Shown here one piece after another: positions 21,209-30,921 of a stretch of 64,000 bases of DNA. Source of the DNA: Planctomycetota bacterium (GTDB taxonomy: Bacteria; Planctomycetota; SZUA-567; H5-PLA8). The notes beneath the pieces were generated by a model. That model was not told the DNA's origin and made no database searches. It saw only the letters and a program-made list of their open reading frames with translations. How positions within the stretch are numbered: position 1 is the first letter of the stretch; each line of letters begins with the position of its first letter. The DNA lies in contig BTVV01000019.1 in NCBI GenBank assembly GCA_045863855.1, forward strand, positions 1 through 64,000, read 5' to 3'. A program made the translations under genes and the position numbers.

Positions 21209-21961
21209 TCAATTCGCCGAACGATCGGCGCCGGTTTCGAATGCCTGCCGCGGGCGCACACGCCAAAGCAGGAACTGGCCGCCCGCCAGCGCCAGCGCAC
21301 CCCAAGCTCCGGCGTACCGGATGGGCGCGGTCTCGTACGAGAAAAGGCGATCCAGAAAAACCGGCCACGAAGTCAGCAGGGGTACGGCCAGGCAGTAGAA
21401 GACGAGCAACGATCCGCAGCCGGCCCCAATGTACGTGAGCGCGACGCCCAGCGCGTAGCACCAGCGCGGCGCAGCGCGCACATGTCCGCGGCGTGAAGCA
21501 TGCAGGAAACTCACCACCAGCGCGGCGCCACCGGCCAAGCCGCCCAGCACTCCGTACGGTACAAGTTCATCCGGAGATAGCGCTTGGTAGGCGGTAAAGT
21601 AAAGCGCAAGCAGGAACGAGACGCCGATCAGATCGGTGGTGTAGAGCAGCGGTTGCGCATCCTGTTCTTCGGCGCGGCGGCGTCGCTCCAGGACCCACAG
21701 GCGCCAGGCGGCCAGGACCATCGCCGATCCGGATAGGCTCAGCGAGAACCAGCCGGATTGCGGGCGCGCGCCCACGCCGTAGAGGAAAAAGTATCCGACC
21801 ATCACGAAGCCGGCCGAAGCGACGGACAGGATGCCCCACAGTACGGCGCGCTCGAAGTTTGGGTTCCAACCGATCCGCTTCGCCAAGACGCTCGCTCCCG
21901 GTACGCTTTGCTCATCGAGTCTTATACCTGATACGCTTGAACGCGGCGCGGGGTTTGGCAT
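21209..21961 (-). CDS. Hypothetical polytopic membrane protein (start uncertain)
   Basis: About six hydrophobic segments in the 3' part of ORF 21209-22192; the 5' part is antisense to the DUF167 gene. Confidence 0.6.
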   Translation of the reverse strand: MPNPAPRSSVSGIRLDEQSVPGASVLAKRIGWNPNFERAVLWGILSVASAGFVMVGYFFLYGVGARPQSGWFSLSLSGSAMVLAAWRLWVLERRRRAEEQDAQPLLYTTDLIGVSFLLALYFTAYQALSPDELVPYGVLGGLAGGAALVVSFLHASRRGHVRAAPRWCYALGVALTYIGAGCGSLLVFYCLAVPLLTSWPVFLDRLFSYETAPIRYAGAWGALALAGGQFLLWRVRPRQAFETGADRSAN

Positions 21962-21971
21962 GAGCAGCGCG

Positions 21972-22259
21972 ATGGAGTTTCCGATCAAGGCCGTCCCAGG
22001 CGGCGTGGAATTCGCCGTGCGCGCGACCCCCGGCAGCGCGAAATCCGGCGTGCGCGGATTGCACGGCGGCGCGCTGAAGGTCGCCGTGCAGGCTCCACCC
22101 GAAAAGGGCAAGGCGAACGAAGCCGTCGCCGAGGTGCTTGCCGCGTTTCTCGGCGTGCCGCCTCGAGCGGTAACCGTGGTGGCGGGGCACACGTCTCGCC
22201 AAAAACGGGTGCAGGTGCTGGGCGTAAATGCGGCGGCGGTGCGGCAACGGATGGCCTAA
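21972..22259 (+). CDS. DUF167 / YggU family protein
   Basis: VRATPGSAKS...LKVAVQAPPEKGKANEA...VVAGHTSRQKRV. Confidence 0.92.
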   Translation: MEFPIKAVPGGVEFAVRATPGSAKSGVRGLHGGALKVAVQAPPEKGKANEAVAEVLAAFLGVPPRAVTVVAGHTSRQKRVQVLGVNAAAVRQRMA

Positions 22260-22281
22260 CAGCCCAGCGTCCGGGAAGCGT

Positions 22282-23571
22282 CTAAGCGTACGTGAACGGT
22301 CCCCCGCCCTGCGCGGCGAGACGCTCGCGGACCTGGACGCCGCTCAAGGCCGCCACCGGCTGCTTCGAACGGACACTCAGCGCCGCCGCGCAACCGGCGG
22401 CTTCGCCCAGGGCCATGGCGGTGACGGTTACGCGGGTGCTGCTGGCGGCCACGCGGTCGGCGGAGTGGCAGCGCCCTGCGACGAGGAGATTCTCCACGCC
22501 GCGCGCGACGAGGGAGCGGTACGGAATGTCGTAAGGCTGCGGCGGGACCACCTTCTCTTCCTTGGGATGCGCAGAGCCTTCGGTGGCTTTGTTGGGATGC
22601 AAATCGGTGTACCAACTGCCCGTGGCGATGGCGTCGTCGAAGTCCGTGCGCGCCCGAATCTCCTCGCCGCTCAACACATGCGCTCCGGCGATTCGGCGCG
22701 TTTCGCGCACGCCGATGTACGGACCGCTGCCGATGAAGTAGCTCTCTTCGAAGCCCGGCACTTCGCGCTTCCATATCTGCCACATCGTCCACGCGTCGCG
22801 GCGGCCTTGCATTTCTGCGCGCGTGAGATCGAACGGATCGACCGCATCGCCGGGCACCCGCACGGCATGCACGTACGCCTCGTCCTTCGCAAAAGCATCG
22901 CAGAGTCCCGGGCCGTAGTAGTGGGGCAGTTCGCCCCGTGCGTGCGCGGACTTGACGGCCTCGCGGGCAAGCGTCCGCGTCTGCGGTTGATACCGGACGT
23001 TGCCGACCCGGAAGTGCATCGTCATCGGCATGCGCTGCGGGTTGGGATCCAGCGGACAGTTCGAAAAGGCCGCGACATCGGCATCGCCGCTGGCGTCGAT
23101 CACGACTTGGGGCTCGATGCGCAGGAGCCCCTGCTTGGTGGCGACGCGCACGGCTTCGATGCGTCCGGTGCGGACCTCGGTTTCGCAGGCCACCGCGTGA
23201 AAGAGCACGCGCACTCCGCCTTCGTTCAAGGCGTCGTCTGCGGCGAGCTTGAACTCGTCGATGTTGAAGAGCGCGATGCTGCCGTGGCGCGTCAGACCGC
23301 CGACGGCGGTCTTGATCTCTTCGATCTGCTTCGCGCCGGCATGAGCGAGGCCCAAGCGTTCGCACAACTCTAGTGCGATGCCTTTGACCACCAGCCGCCC
23401 GGTGTGCCAGCAGGCGAAGCCGTCCATGAACGGGAGGCCGACAGCGGTGACGATGCCTCCGGCAAAGGGCGCGCGCTCGACGATGAGCACCTGCGCGCCT
23501 TCCCGCGCCGCACCCAACGCCGCGCCGAGCCCGGCGCAACCGCCGCCGCAGACCAACACATCGATTTTCAT
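22282..23571 (-). CDS. FAD-dependent oxidoreductase (FAD_oxidored family)
   Basis: DVLVCGGGCAG, IDASGDADVA, GVRETRRI, YDIPYRSL...NLLVAGRC; RBS AAGGA before ATG 23571. Confidence 0.92.
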   Translation of the reverse strand: MKIDVLVCGGGCAGLGAALGAAREGAQVLIVERAPFAGGIVTAVGLPFMDGFACWHTGRLVVKGIALELCERLGLAHAGAKQIEEIKTAVGGLTRHGSIALFNIDEFKLAADDALNEGGVRVLFHAVACETEVRTGRIEAVRVATKQGLLRIEPQVVIDASGDADVAAFSNCPLDPNPQRMPMTMHFRVGNVRYQPQTRTLAREAVKSAHARGELPHYYGPGLCDAFAKDEAYVHAVRVPGDAVDPFDLTRAEMQGRRDAWTMWQIWKREVPGFEESYFIGSGPYIGVRETRRIAGAHVLSGEEIRARTDFDDAIATGSWYTDLHPNKATEGSAHPKEEKVVPPQPYDIPYRSLVARGVENLLVAGRCHSADRVAASSTRVTVTAMALGEAAGCAAALSVRSKQPVAALSGVQVRERLAAQGGGPFTYA

Positions 23572-23630
23572 GAGCGGTTCCTTGAAGCATACGGCCGGTC
23601 TGCCCAACGGATCGGCCATCCCCGTTCAGG

Positions 23631-24389
23631 TCAGGCTTGCGGCGGATGCGGGAGAAAATCGTTCAGGCCGAAGCGGTCTTCGCCGCTCAGGAGCACGCAC
23701 GAATGCCCGGGAAAGAGCGGCGGGCCGTCCTGGTAGACCTTCACGAAGGGCACCGAAAGGCGGATGGTCATGCCCATACGGCGGCGGTTCGAGACGTTCT
23801 TGTTGGACTGATGCAGCAGGCGCTCGTTGAATAGAAAGAACTCGCCGGGCTTGAGTTCCATGCTCACGGCTTTGGACTCGTCGATCAGCGACGCATCGGC
23901 GCTTTTGTCGAAGACTTGCTCGGCCGTGGTGGGGCGCTCGGGCAGTATCTTTTTGTGCGAGCCAGGGATGACGCGGACGCAACTGTTCTCGACGCTGACG
24001 GGATCGACGGCGATCCAGGCGGTGAGGTTCAGGGGGGGCTCGATGGGCCAGTATTGGAAGTCCTGATGCCACGGGATTTCCTTGCCCCCGGGTTCTTTGG
24101 TCCAGAAGTTGGTGCTCCAGCAGAGCAGATCCGGGCCGAGCAGGCTGCTGGCGCGCTCGACCAGGGCCGGCTTGTGGATCAGTTCATAGAGCCGGGCATC
24201 GTCGAGGTGCCGGCAATGACTGCGATTCTTGGGATTGAGGCCGTCACGGGTCAAGACGCGGGCGTCGATGTGCGCGCGAAGGCGATCCATCTCGTCCGGC
24301 GCGCAGAGGGCAAAGGGCCCCAGGAAACCTTGCTCGTGGTAGCGGAGCACCTCGGCCTTGGACAGTCCTTCCGCGGTACAGGTGGGCAT
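23631..24389 (-). CDS. Phytanoyl-CoA dioxygenase (PhyH) family Fe(II)/2OG dioxygenase
   Basis: KEPGGKEIPWHQD (HxD), LTAWIA, VIPGSH, LLHQS..N.S.RRR. Confidence 0.92.
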   Translation of the reverse strand: MPTCTAEGLSKAEVLRYHEQGFLGPFALCAPDEMDRLRAHIDARVLTRDGLNPKNRSHCRHLDDARLYELIHKPALVERASSLLGPDLLCWSTNFWTKEPGGKEIPWHQDFQYWPIEPPLNLTAWIAVDPVSVENSCVRVIPGSHKKILPERPTTAEQVFDKSADASLIDESKAVSMELKPGEFFLFNERLLHQSNKNVSNRRRMGMTIRLSVPFVKVYQDGPPLFPGHSCVLLSGEDRFGLNDFLPHPPQA

Positions 24390-24505
24390 GCGTGATCCTT
24401 TCGTTCATGAACGGCGCCATTCGAATGGGTTCAATTTATCTCTAATCGGTTATAGACTTCCATGGAGCCAAGCCGATAGTATTTGCACTTAAACGGAGAT
24501 TATTT

Positions 24506-25357
24506 GTGCCTAGTGTAGGCCGCATCAAAACGCGCGTACTGGACCCCGTCGCCTTCTTGGCGGCGCTCGCCGCGCCCCGCCACACGCTGGAGTTCTCCAC
24601 CCACGGCTATTCCACCATCCCCAAAGAATGGATCGTGATGCCGCGCGCGATTCAGGAGCACCTCATCTATATGGTGGACGAACACGCGCTAGAAGGGCGC
24701 GTGGCGAACCGCCGCCTGCGTCTGGAAGCGGGCGACTTCGTCTGGATCAGCCCCGGCGTCCTGCACGAATTCGGGATCCCCCGCGGCGCGCCGCCGCCGC
24801 GCATGTACCACATGAAGATGACGATTCGGCCGCGCGGCGGGCGCATCAGCCTGCGCTTGAAGCGCGACTGCATCCATCTGAAGCAGTCCGAAGCCTTGCA
24901 GCAGCCGCTCAAGGAGTTGCTTGAGGAAGCGCGGGGCGACCTGCCTTACGCCGATGCGCGGCGGAGGGCGGCGGCCGTGATGATGGCCACGCGGATGCTG
25001 CGCTTAGCCGGTGCGCGGCCGGCCGACGGACCGGCGCTGGACCTGCGCCAGCGCCGTCTGCTGGCGGAGTATGTAGAAGTGCGCGCAGCGCAGCGCCCGG
25101 CTCCCTCCGATCTGGCGGAGGTGCTGCGGCTGAATCCCGACTACTTCGCCCGGCTCTTCAAGCGGACCTACGGGATCGCGCCGCGCGAATGGCTGGTGCG
25201 TGAGCGGCTGCATGTGGCGGCGCGCCGGCTGCAATCCAGCGCGCTCTCGATCGGCGAAGTGGCCTATGCGCTGGGCTACCGTGATCTGTACCTGTTCAGC
25301 CGGCAGTTCAAGCAGGTCTTCGGGCGCAGTCCGCGGGCATTTCGGCGGGAGACGTAG
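24506..25357 (+). CDS. AraC-family regulator
   Basis: Cupin-like N-domain; LNPDYFARLFKRTYG...IGEVAYALGY...FSRQFKQVFGRSP. Confidence 0.92.
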   Translation: MPSVGRIKTRVLDPVAFLAALAAPRHTLEFSTHGYSTIPKEWIVMPRAIQEHLIYMVDEHALEGRVANRRLRLEAGDFVWISPGVLHEFGIPRGAPPPRMYHMKMTIRPRGGRISLRLKRDCIHLKQSEALQQPLKELLEEARGDLPYADARRRAAAVMMATRMLRLAGARPADGPALDLRQRRLLAEYVEVRAAQRPAPSDLAEVLRLNPDYFARLFKRTYGIAPREWLVRERLHVAARRLQSSALSIGEVAYALGYRDLYLFSRQFKQVFGRSPRAFRRET

Positions 25358-25375
25358 CGTATCGCCGCCCGCCGC

Positions 25376-26062
25376 TCAGGCCCCGCGATCCGGTTCGGCA
25401 TCGATCAGCAGATCGACGGCATCGGCGGCGGACCGGTACAAACTCGAGCGGGCGTGTTCGTACAGCGCATCGGCGACGCGGGAGACCCAGGGACGCAGAT
25501 GCCGCTGTGCGAAGGAGGTGCAGCGCACCCGGCAGCGTTCGCGCTGCGTCTCGTCCCGGGCTTCGGCCAGATCGTTCCATTGCCGGGCGGCGACTTCGAG
25601 CGCGGCGCTGACGTGGTCGCAAGGCGCGCCCAATCGATCCACGCAATAGGTATCGCCGAAGGGGCACGGTTTGCCGGCCTCGTAGGGGCAGACGTCGTCG
25701 CAGACGTGGGCAAGGGCCGCTTCGTCGCATTGCGCGTGCGCATACGGAAGGGTGACGCGTTGCGCAGCGGCTTCGTCGAGGAAGAGGCGAAAGTCGGTCC
25801 AGGCGGCTTCCTGATGGCAACGCGATACGGACGCCACACGGGCTTCCTGCGCCAGCATGCGAGCGGCGGCGCGAAGCACGTCCGGGCCGTGCGGAAGCTG
25901 GCCCAGCCGGTCGGCGATCGTATCGAGCATTTCGGGCTTCGGGGGCTGGCGAAAGAGTTCGGCCGCTGCGCCGTACAACGCAGCCCGACAGGCGGCATCG
26001 GGGCAGCGCGGCGCCGCCTCCTGCACGGCTTTGAGCGAAACGGCGGCGGGCGTGAGGTGCAT
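25376..26062 (-). CDS. TorD/DmsD-like redox-enzyme maturation chaperone, Cys-rich
   Basis: RBS AGGAGG; RAALYGAAAELF, LPYA, PCDHVSAALE, FAQRHLRPWV...LYRSAA resemble TorD/DmsD motifs. Confidence 0.6.
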   Translation of the reverse strand: MHLTPAAVSLKAVQEAAPRCPDAACRAALYGAAAELFRQPPKPEMLDTIADRLGQLPHGPDVLRAAARMLAQEARVASVSRCHQEAAWTDFRLFLDEAAAQRVTLPYAHAQCDEAALAHVCDDVCPYEAGKPCPFGDTYCVDRLGAPCDHVSAALEVAARQWNDLAEARDETQRERCRVRCTSFAQRHLRPWVSRVADALYEHARSSLYRSAADAVDLLIDAEPDRGA

Positions 26063-26301
26063 GATGCTTCCTCCTATGAGGTTCACGTCCCGTACCGTTG
26101 AACCCGAAGCGCCTTCTCACCTTTAATAAACCCCATCTTTACGCACTTATCAAGATTTACGGATGTTCTTATGTGCTATAGAATTGGCGTAGCGGGCCAA
26201 GGGGAAATCGCAACGGCCCTGGGATGAAGCGATGCCGCGACGCGCTACGCCAAGGGTGGCGCCATGCAAGGCCGATGCAACTCACGTGAGGCGCTGTGGC
26301 G

Positions 26302-27627
26302 TCAGCGGTCTTTGCGGCGCAGCACCGCGGCAAAGAAGCCGTCGGCCCCGTGGCGGTGAGGTTGCACCTTCAAGAATTGCCCTTGGGGATCGGCCAGTTT
26401 ACGGGCTCGCGCGCCGCCCAAAATTTCGGCGATGGGCACCAGGCTGAAGCGTTCGTCGCGGAGCAGTCTTTCGACGACGCGTTCGTTCTCGTCGGGCAGC
26501 ATGGAGCAAGTGGCGTAGATCATGCGGCCGTTGGGTTTGACCCAAGCCATCGCAGCGCGGGCGATGGCTTCCTGTTCGGGCGGCAGGCGGGTGAGCGCTT
26601 CGTCGTCGAAGCCCAGGCGCAACTCGGGATTGCGGCGGATGGCGCCGGTGCCGGTGCACGGCGCATCGACAAGGACGCGGGCGGCTTTGCCTTCCAAGTC
26701 GACCAGTTCTTTGGGCCATGGCCGGGCGAGGAGATCGGCCTTAATCGCGCGGTGGCAGAAGAGTCCGGCGCGGCGGGCGCGGCGTTTGAATTCGGTGAGC
26801 CGCCCGCTGTGGCGGTCGACGGCGACGAGCATGCCCTTATTGCGCATCCAGGCGCCCAAGGCGAGCGTCTTGCCGCCGGCTCCGGCGCAGGCATCGACAA
26901 CGAGCGTGCCCGACGCGGGCGCGACGAGTTCGGCGACGAGCTGGCTGGCTTCGTCTTGAAATTCGACGCGGCCTTCGCGGTAGGCGGCGGTGGCGAACGG
27001 ATCGCCGGGTCCTTCGAGGATCAGGGCGGTGGACGAGTGCTCCCCCGGTCTGACTTTGAGACCGGCGGCTTCGAGTTCGGCGGCGGCGGCTTCGCGGGTG
27101 GCCATCAAGGTGTTGACGCGCAGCGTGCGCGGCGCGGGCAGCGCCAAGCTTTCGGCGAGCGCTTCGGCCTCGTCGCCAAAAGCATCGAGGAACGCTTCGG
27201 CCAGCGGATCGGGAAAGCCGTACGTGAGGCCGAAGCGGCGCGCGGGATCGGCTTCTTCGGCGATGCGTTCGTCCACGGCGGCGACGGCGTCCCAGGCGAC
27301 GCGGGGGAATTCGGCGGCGGCGGCTTCGGGGGTCAGCTTGCCGGTGACCACGCGCGAAGCGAGTAGCCAGGCGCGCTCGCGCAGCGGTCCGGCGTGCGGC
27401 GCTCCGGAGCCTTCCAGCGCGAACTCCACTCGCCGGGCGTTACGGATCAAGGCGTAGAGTTCCTGCGTCACGCGGCCCTTGAAGGCCGGTGACGTGGGGC
27501 CGGCGGCGCGAAAGGCTTCGGCGAGCGCCTCGCTGGCCAAGCCGCCCCGCGCGACGGAATCCCAGAGTTCGAGCAGGATGGGATCGAGGTCGACGGGGCC
27601 TTTGGGGGGAGGGGTACGTGGCGGCAT
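26302..27627 (-). CDS. RsmB/NOP2-family RNA m5C methyltransferase
   Basis: QDEASQL, VDACAGAGGKT, VLVDAPCTGTG, YATCS, DGFFAA. Confidence 0.93.
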   Translation of the reverse strand: MPPRTPPPKGPVDLDPILLELWDSVARGGLASEALAEAFRAAGPTSPAFKGRVTQELYALIRNARRVEFALEGSGAPHAGPLRERAWLLASRVVTGKLTPEAAAAEFPRVAWDAVAAVDERIAEEADPARRFGLTYGFPDPLAEAFLDAFGDEAEALAESLALPAPRTLRVNTLMATREAAAAELEAAGLKVRPGEHSSTALILEGPGDPFATAAYREGRVEFQDEASQLVAELVAPASGTLVVDACAGAGGKTLALGAWMRNKGMLVAVDRHSGRLTEFKRRARRAGLFCHRAIKADLLARPWPKELVDLEGKAARVLVDAPCTGTGAIRRNPELRLGFDDEALTRLPPEQEAIARAAMAWVKPNGRMIYATCSMLPDENERVVERLLRDERFSLVPIAEILGGARARKLADPQGQFLKVQPHRHGADGFFAAVLRRKDR

Positions 27628-27734
27628 CGGGGCATTGTGCCGGGAGGTTGGGATTGCGAAAGCGAAGGAACGTCAGGGGCTTAGCACCACGGAGACCGCA
27701 GAGAATGCGGAGAACGGCGGAACGGGGGAAAGGC

Positions 27735-28013
27735 TTATAGACCCCAGGCAATAGCCAGAGTGCACAGGGCGAGGCAACCGATCGCCGCCCAACCGAAATA
27801 CCAAGCCGTGCGGCGCAACTTCTGACCATCCTTTGAAAACTCGTTCATCCCCTTCCAGAGGTAGGGATGCTTCCAGAATCCGTCCTTATGCTCAAATCGC
27901 GCGGCCAAAATCAAGCAGGCCATCACGACCAGGCACACAAAGGCGAGCGATCCGGCTGCTACGGACCACATGGGAATTGCTCCATGCCCTGTCAGCTTTT
28001 CCCGTTGGCCCAT
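27735..28013 (-). CDS. Small two-TM hypothetical protein
   Basis: Two hydrophobic helices flanking FSKDGQKLRRTA; AT-richer DNA. Confidence 0.55.
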   Translation of the reverse strand: MGQREKLTGHGAIPMWSVAAGSLAFVCLVVMACLILAARFEHKDGFWKHPYLWKGMNEFSKDGQKLRRTAWYFGWAAIGCLALCTLAIAWGL

Positions 28014-28080
28014 GATTCATTTCGAGTAAGCAACACGTTTATTCTGAATTGAAGAGGCGATCCTAAATTCATCGAAAATT

Positions 28081-28335
28081 TCAATGGCTCGATAGCATAT
28101 CCCATAGCCTGAACAATTGGCCTGCAACGGCAATCAATAGGAAAAAACCCGCGGCGCGGCGATACCGGACACCTAGCCGTGAACAGTCGCTGTCTTTTGA
28201 GAAAAAGGTACGCAATAAAGGAACATTATGATGCCTCTCGCGTTGTTCCTGACCTGCGAGGTAGAACGAAAATATTGCTATGCCTAACGCTGCACCAGAA
28301 ATAATTGCACCTGTGACTGCCATCGGTCTGTTCAA
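28081..28335 (-). CDS. Small two-TM hypothetical protein
   Basis: Two hydrophobic helices flanking CSRLGVRYRRAA; AT-richer DNA. Confidence 0.55.
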   Translation of the reverse strand: MNRPMAVTGAIISGAALGIAIFSFYLAGQEQRERHHNVPLLRTFFSKDSDCSRLGVRYRRAAGFFLLIAVAGQLFRLWDMLSSH

Positions 28336-28502
28336 ATCACGTCTACTTGAATGCTCACTCCAATTTAAGCATAGCCCTTCGTATTCCTACGTTCCACTCT
28401 GCATGTCTGCCGATAGCATCCACGCACTCATTGTTTGAATCTGGTTATTGAGCCTTCCTCGAGCCCGTCGAGCCGTGCACCGCGTCTCGGCGGTGAAAGA
28501 GC

Positions 28503-29240
28503 CTACGAGTCGTGCCCGGTGGGCCAGGCGTCTTGCGGTTCATAGCCCAGATATTGCTTGGCCGAGGCGATGCAGAAGCGGGTGCTGTGCAGCGGCTTGC
28601 TGGTGCCGAAGCAGACGACGTGGTCGAACGAGACCGTGGTCTCCACGGCGCAGGCAAATAGGCGGCCGGCGTCGCCGGGGCTGAGATAGATATCCTGACC
28701 GAAATCCCACTTCTTGATTTGGCTGATGTGTTCGGGCGTGCGCGGACACCAGCCCAGGCGGAGCGAGACGTTCTTCATCTTGTACTGGTGGGCGTAGGTC
28801 TGCGCGGCGGCTTCGCCCAGAAGTTTGCCGCTGGCGTACCAGTTCCGCGGCGTGGGCGGCATCTCGGGCGTGACGGGCCAGGGGCCGGGGTGGCCGGAGA
28901 CGGTCTGTCCGGTGCTTGCAAAGATGAAGCGTTTGACGCCGTTGAGGCGGCAGGCTTCGAGCACGTGGTAAAGACCCACGATGTTGTTGGGGAGGAGTTT
29001 GGAGAGAAAGTCATCCTCGTCGGGAACGGCGGCCAAGTGGCAGACGGCTTCGATCCCGCGCGTGGCGCGTTGGAGCGCCTGGAAGTCGGACAGATCGCCG
29101 GTCAGCGAATCTTCGACCCCGGGCGTAGGACGGATATCGAAGCCGCGGACCTTGTGTCCGCGTTCGAGCAACGTGCGGCAGACGGCTTGGCCGACGCGTC
29201 CGCCGGATCCGGTGACCAGGACGGCAAGGGGGCTGGGCAT
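28503..29240 (-). CDS. NAD-dependent epimerase/dehydratase (uronate dehydrogenase-like extended SDR)
   Basis: VLVTGSGGRVG, HLAAVP, NIVGLYHVLEA, FAST, YASGK (YxxxK). Confidence 0.9.
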   Translation of the reverse strand: MPSPLAVLVTGSGGRVGQAVCRTLLERGHKVRGFDIRPTPGVEDSLTGDLSDFQALQRATRGIEAVCHLAAVPDEDDFLSKLLPNNIVGLYHVLEACRLNGVKRFIFASTGQTVSGHPGPWPVTPEMPPTPRNWYASGKLLGEAAAQTYAHQYKMKNVSLRLGWCPRTPEHISQIKKWDFGQDIYLSPGDAGRLFACAVETTVSFDHVVCFGTSKPLHSTRFCIASAKQYLGYEPQDAWPTGHDS

Positions 29241-29289
29241 GGCGAACGCGCTCCTTCTATTTCACGGCTGCTGGTAACGCATGGGCGCG

Positions 29290-29324
29290 ATAAACGGTAA
29301 ACGGTGAAGGCTAAACGGTAAAGG
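29290..29324 (+). repeat. Degenerate heptamer tandem array, copy 3
   Basis: ATAAACG GTAAACG GTGAAGG CTAAACG GTAAAGG. Confidence 0.65.
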
Positions 29325-29499
29325 GGACGGCAATGGGGAAGGATGGAATTCGGAGGACCTTAAAGTCGAAAGGCATCAATCGTTGTTCTGCTTACGGCGT
29401 TTGCATTTAGCGCAAATTTGGGTAGCACTAGCGCCTTGTCCTAGCTTCCTCCTACGTTACGCCCAATTTAGGGCAGCCATTCCTATAAGGGGTCTAGCG

Positions 29500-30870
29500 A
29501 TGTTGGGTTACATGCGAAATTTGCGTTCGACGGGCTGGGTTTCGTGCGCCTTGGCGGGTGTGTTGTGCTTAAGCGCCGCAGGGGAGGAAAAGGCGGTTCC
29601 CGCGGCAGATCCGCCGCCCCGGCATACTCCAACGGATGCGCAAGCCGAACCGGCTGCCGCACCGACGCCGGCCCCTGCCCCCACTCCGGCTCCCGCGCCG
29701 GTGACGCCGCCTTTGGTGGCGGCGCCGAAGCCTCCGGCAGAACCCGCGGGCCGGAAGGTCCCGCCGCTCTCCAAGGAAATCACCGAACGGACGCACCCGC
29801 GCTATTTGATGGATCTGGCCGACGTGGAGCTGCGGTACAACTCGCTGGAGCGCGCGGAAGAACTGCTGAAGCGGGCGCTCGAGTTCAGCGCGCGAGAAGA
29901 GGACAAGTTGCTGGCGCAGAGCAAGCTGGCGGGGCTTTTGGAACGTCTCCAGGACTGGCCGGCGGCGATCGATCTGTACGAAAAGCTGGTGGAATCGGAA
30001 AAGAACGCGGGGCAAAAGGCCAATTATGCGATGCGCTTGGCGCAGATGTATATGCGCGGCGAACAGTACGATAAGGCCGAAGCGCTGCTGACGCCTCTGG
30101 CCGGGGCGGCTCCGGCGGGTGAACAGCCCGGGCAGAACGACTGGATCCCGCGTCTTGCGAACGAACGCTTGATGCAGGTTTGGAAGAATCAGCCTGGCCG
30201 CTTGGAAGCGATCGTCAAGGAGTGCGAAGATAAGCTGGCCCAGGATCCCAAGGACATCGCGACGCTGGAGAAGCTTTCGAATCTGTACGGCTCGGCCAAA
30301 CGCGACCCGGCGAAGTCGACGGAGATCCTGCAGAAGCTGGTGGAACTGAAGCCCGACGATCTGGATGCTCGCGACAAGCTCGCGGCGTCGTTGCAGGCCG
30401 CCGGAAATCTGGACGGCGCGCTGGTGCAGTACAAAAAGCTGCTGGAAGCCAAGCCCGGCCCGGAAGGCGCGCGCTTCTCGTACCGCGCGGGACAGATGCT
30501 TCTACAAGCCAACCGCAAGGACGAAGCGGTGGCGCTGGTGAAAGAGCATCTCGACCAGCCCGACGCGCCGGTGGGGAACTTAAACATGCTGGCGGCCTTC
30601 TACACGCAGGCGCAGATGACGGAACAGGCCGAAGGCGTGTACCTGAAGCTCGCCGAAAAGGCGACGCAGCCGGCGCAGCGCGCGGACTTCCTGCTGCGCG
30701 TGGCCGACATGGCGCGGCAGGCGAAGAACTACGACCGCAGCGAACAGCAGCTGCGCGCGATCCTCGAGCAGTTCAAAGACAATCCCTCGGTCAAAGCGCG
30801 GGCGAACCGGTCGCTGGTGCAGCTCTACGAAGAACAAGGGAAGGTCGGCGAGTTGAAGATCGAAAAGTAG
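29500..30870 (+). CDS. Exported TPR-repeat protein
   Basis: Signal peptide, PAPT linker, multiple TPR-like repeats (DWPAAIDLYEKLV, LVELKPDDLDAR). Confidence 0.8.
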   Translation: MLGYMRNLRSTGWVSCALAGVLCLSAAGEEKAVPAADPPPRHTPTDAQAEPAAAPTPAPAPTPAPAPVTPPLVAAPKPPAEPAGRKVPPLSKEITERTHPRYLMDLADVELRYNSLERAEELLKRALEFSAREEDKLLAQSKLAGLLERLQDWPAAIDLYEKLVESEKNAGQKANYAMRLAQMYMRGEQYDKAEALLTPLAGAAPAGEQPGQNDWIPRLANERLMQVWKNQPGRLEAIVKECEDKLAQDPKDIATLEKLSNLYGSAKRDPAKSTEILQKLVELKPDDLDARDKLAASLQAAGNLDGALVQYKKLLEAKPGPEGARFSYRAGQMLLQANRKDEAVALVKEHLDQPDAPVGNLNMLAAFYTQAQMTEQAEGVYLKLAEKATQPAQRADFLLRVADMARQAKNYDRSEQQLRAILEQFKDNPSVKARANRSLVQLYEEQGKVGELKIEK

Positions 30871-30921
30871 TTCGATTACGGTGTACGGCAAACCGATTGC
30901 CGCCGTGGACGGGGAGTCTGC

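Noticed and set aside
29290..29324. CRISPR array
   Set aside because: Contiguous 7-mers without spacers; no cas genes and no 25-40 bp repeats seen in the window.
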